Positions 63,891-64,000 of a DNA stretch of 64,000 nucleotides are shown one piece after another (position 1 is the stretch's first letter; the number at the start of each line of letters is the position of its first letter). A program made the position numbers and the translations under genes. The notes beneath the pieces are model-generated. The model saw only the letters and a list, made by a program, of their open reading frames with translations. It made no database searches and was not told the origin of the DNA. The DNA comes from the human T2T-CHM13v2.0 reference genome, Homo sapiens, in the NCBI RefSeq assembly GCF_009914755.1, contig NC_060926.1; one strand, given 5' to 3'.

Positions 63891-64000
63891 CCATTTAGCT
63901 TTTTTAGTCTCCCAGAGGTATGGATGATTTTGGGACTTACTTCAATGGACTGACTTTGCAAAGATGTTTTATATTTTGTTTTAACTCTCTGTGCCCTAGA

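Overview
This is eukaryotic, primate (most likely human) genomic DNA. It is AT-rich, CpG-depleted and full of Alu, L1, L2, MIR, LTR and DNA-transposon relics, and it looks like the interior of one large plus-strand gene. I can support only one host exon well: a 77-nt coding exon at 43838-43914 encoding a leucine-zipper-like coiled coil ([x][25 protein letters not shown]). I cannot name the gene. Almost all ORFs in the supplied track are Alu or L1 read-throughs or chance ORFs. There is no CRISPR array, rRNA, tRNA or operon-like system, and I found no new multi-gene system. The most notable structures are: (1) a 5'-inverted Alu with a perfect 16-bp TSD (twin-priming signature) at 51092-51428; (2) an old, roughly 700-bp direct duplication (about 47095-47800 vs 54255-55015); (3) a much younger 69-bp templated copy of 55846-55914 inside the second duplicate, which creates a candidate 15-nt in-frame microexon; (4) a GC-rich, G4-flanked candidate regulatory element near 32750-33065; (5) several nested retroelement insertions with readable TSDs. 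Repeat subfamily calls come from remembered diagnostic motifs, not a RepeatMasker run, and MIR/L2 boundaries are approximate.
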